A stretch of 64,000 bases of DNA, from NCBI GenBank assembly GCA_963832745.1, contig CAWHVC010000002.1, positions 64,001 through 128,000 on the forward strand, given 5' to 3'. The notes under the pieces are model-generated. The model was not told where the DNA came from and made no database searches. It was given only the letters and a program-made list of their open reading frames with translations. The first letter of the stretch is position 1. The number at the start of each line of letters is the position of its first letter. Source of the stretch: Candidatus Bathyarchaeota archaeon (GTDB lineage: Archaea; Thermoproteota; Bathyarchaeia; Bathyarchaeales; Bathycorpusculaceae). A program made the position numbers and the translations under genes. This document shows positions 63,561 through 64,000 of this stretch, one piece after another.

Positions 63561-64000
63561 AACCCTCTCAGCAAACGAATTCTAGTGTAGCTGATGAGAA
63601 GAAAAAGTACCGCAAGCTAATGGCAAAAAGAGGCATTTTTATCGGGTTATGCGTTGTTTTACTTATTGTCATTGTCGGTTTATCTTTGGCTTTAGGGACT
63701 TCATCGCTTACTTTCACTGAAGCCTACTCTGCAATCTTTGCCAAGTTTTTTCCTAACTTGATAACCGTTAGTCCACTTGCTACTAAAGTAGTTTGGACAC
63801 TAAGACTTCCAAGAATACTATTAGGCCTTTTAGCGGGTGCAACTTTAGCCATGTCTGGATCAACCACCCAAGCGACTCTAAGAAACCCAATTGCGACCCC
63901 CTACACTTTAGGCGTTTCTGCAGCCGCAAGTTTTGGTGCAGCCATCGGTATAATTTTAGGCACTGGGTTTGGTGACGGAACCTTCCTTATTATCGGGAAC
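63539..64000 (+). CDS. FecCD/BtuC-family ABC permease (partial)
   Basis: Manual translation: VWTLRLPRILLGLLAGATLAMSG...LRNPIATPYTLGVSAAASFGA. Confidence 0.92.
   Translation, partial: MVDKTPIKPSQQTNSSVADEKKKYRKLMAKRGIFIGLCVVLLIVIVGLSLALGTSSLTFTEAYSAIFAKFFPNLITVSPLATKVVWTLRLPRILLGLLAGATLAMSGSTTQATLRNPIATPYTLGVSAAASFGAAIGIILGTGFGDGTFLIIGN

Overview
Archaeal DNA; gene content and RBS style suggest Bathyarchaeia (inference). Two tRNA-integrated mobile elements sit on either side of a 4-gene polysaccharide operon. Element 1 (~1262-24825) lies at the 3' end of tRNA-Leu(TAG), bounded by a 25-bp att repeat, with an intact tyrosine integrase next to the tRNA. It carries an AbiE type IV TA pair, an HhH-GPD glycosylase with a YaaA-like partner, a GGCT-HIT fusion, an SF1 helicase-PLD, an EVE-nuclease, a SIR2 pair and a five-hairpin palindrome array. 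Element 2 (29490-54904) lies in tRNA-Thr(GGT), bounded by a 47-bp att repeat that splits an SSV1-type integrase. It carries an AAA+/wHTH gene apparently fused to a C2HC-zinc-finger acetyltransferase (plus a tandem paralog), SIR2+DUF262, a DISARM class II-like operon with a glycosylase, Nmad3-NucS and DUF5343+HEPN. Three dispersed inverted-repeat-bounded elements separate its cargo blocks. The flanks hold an MrfA/YprA-like helicase on the left and, on the right, an MMPL transporter, a CAT-family enzyme and a metal/corrinoid ABC transporter with tandem NikR-like operators. Many genes are split by single-base frameshifts, probably partly sequencing error. Family calls come from motif recognition only; no database search was run.
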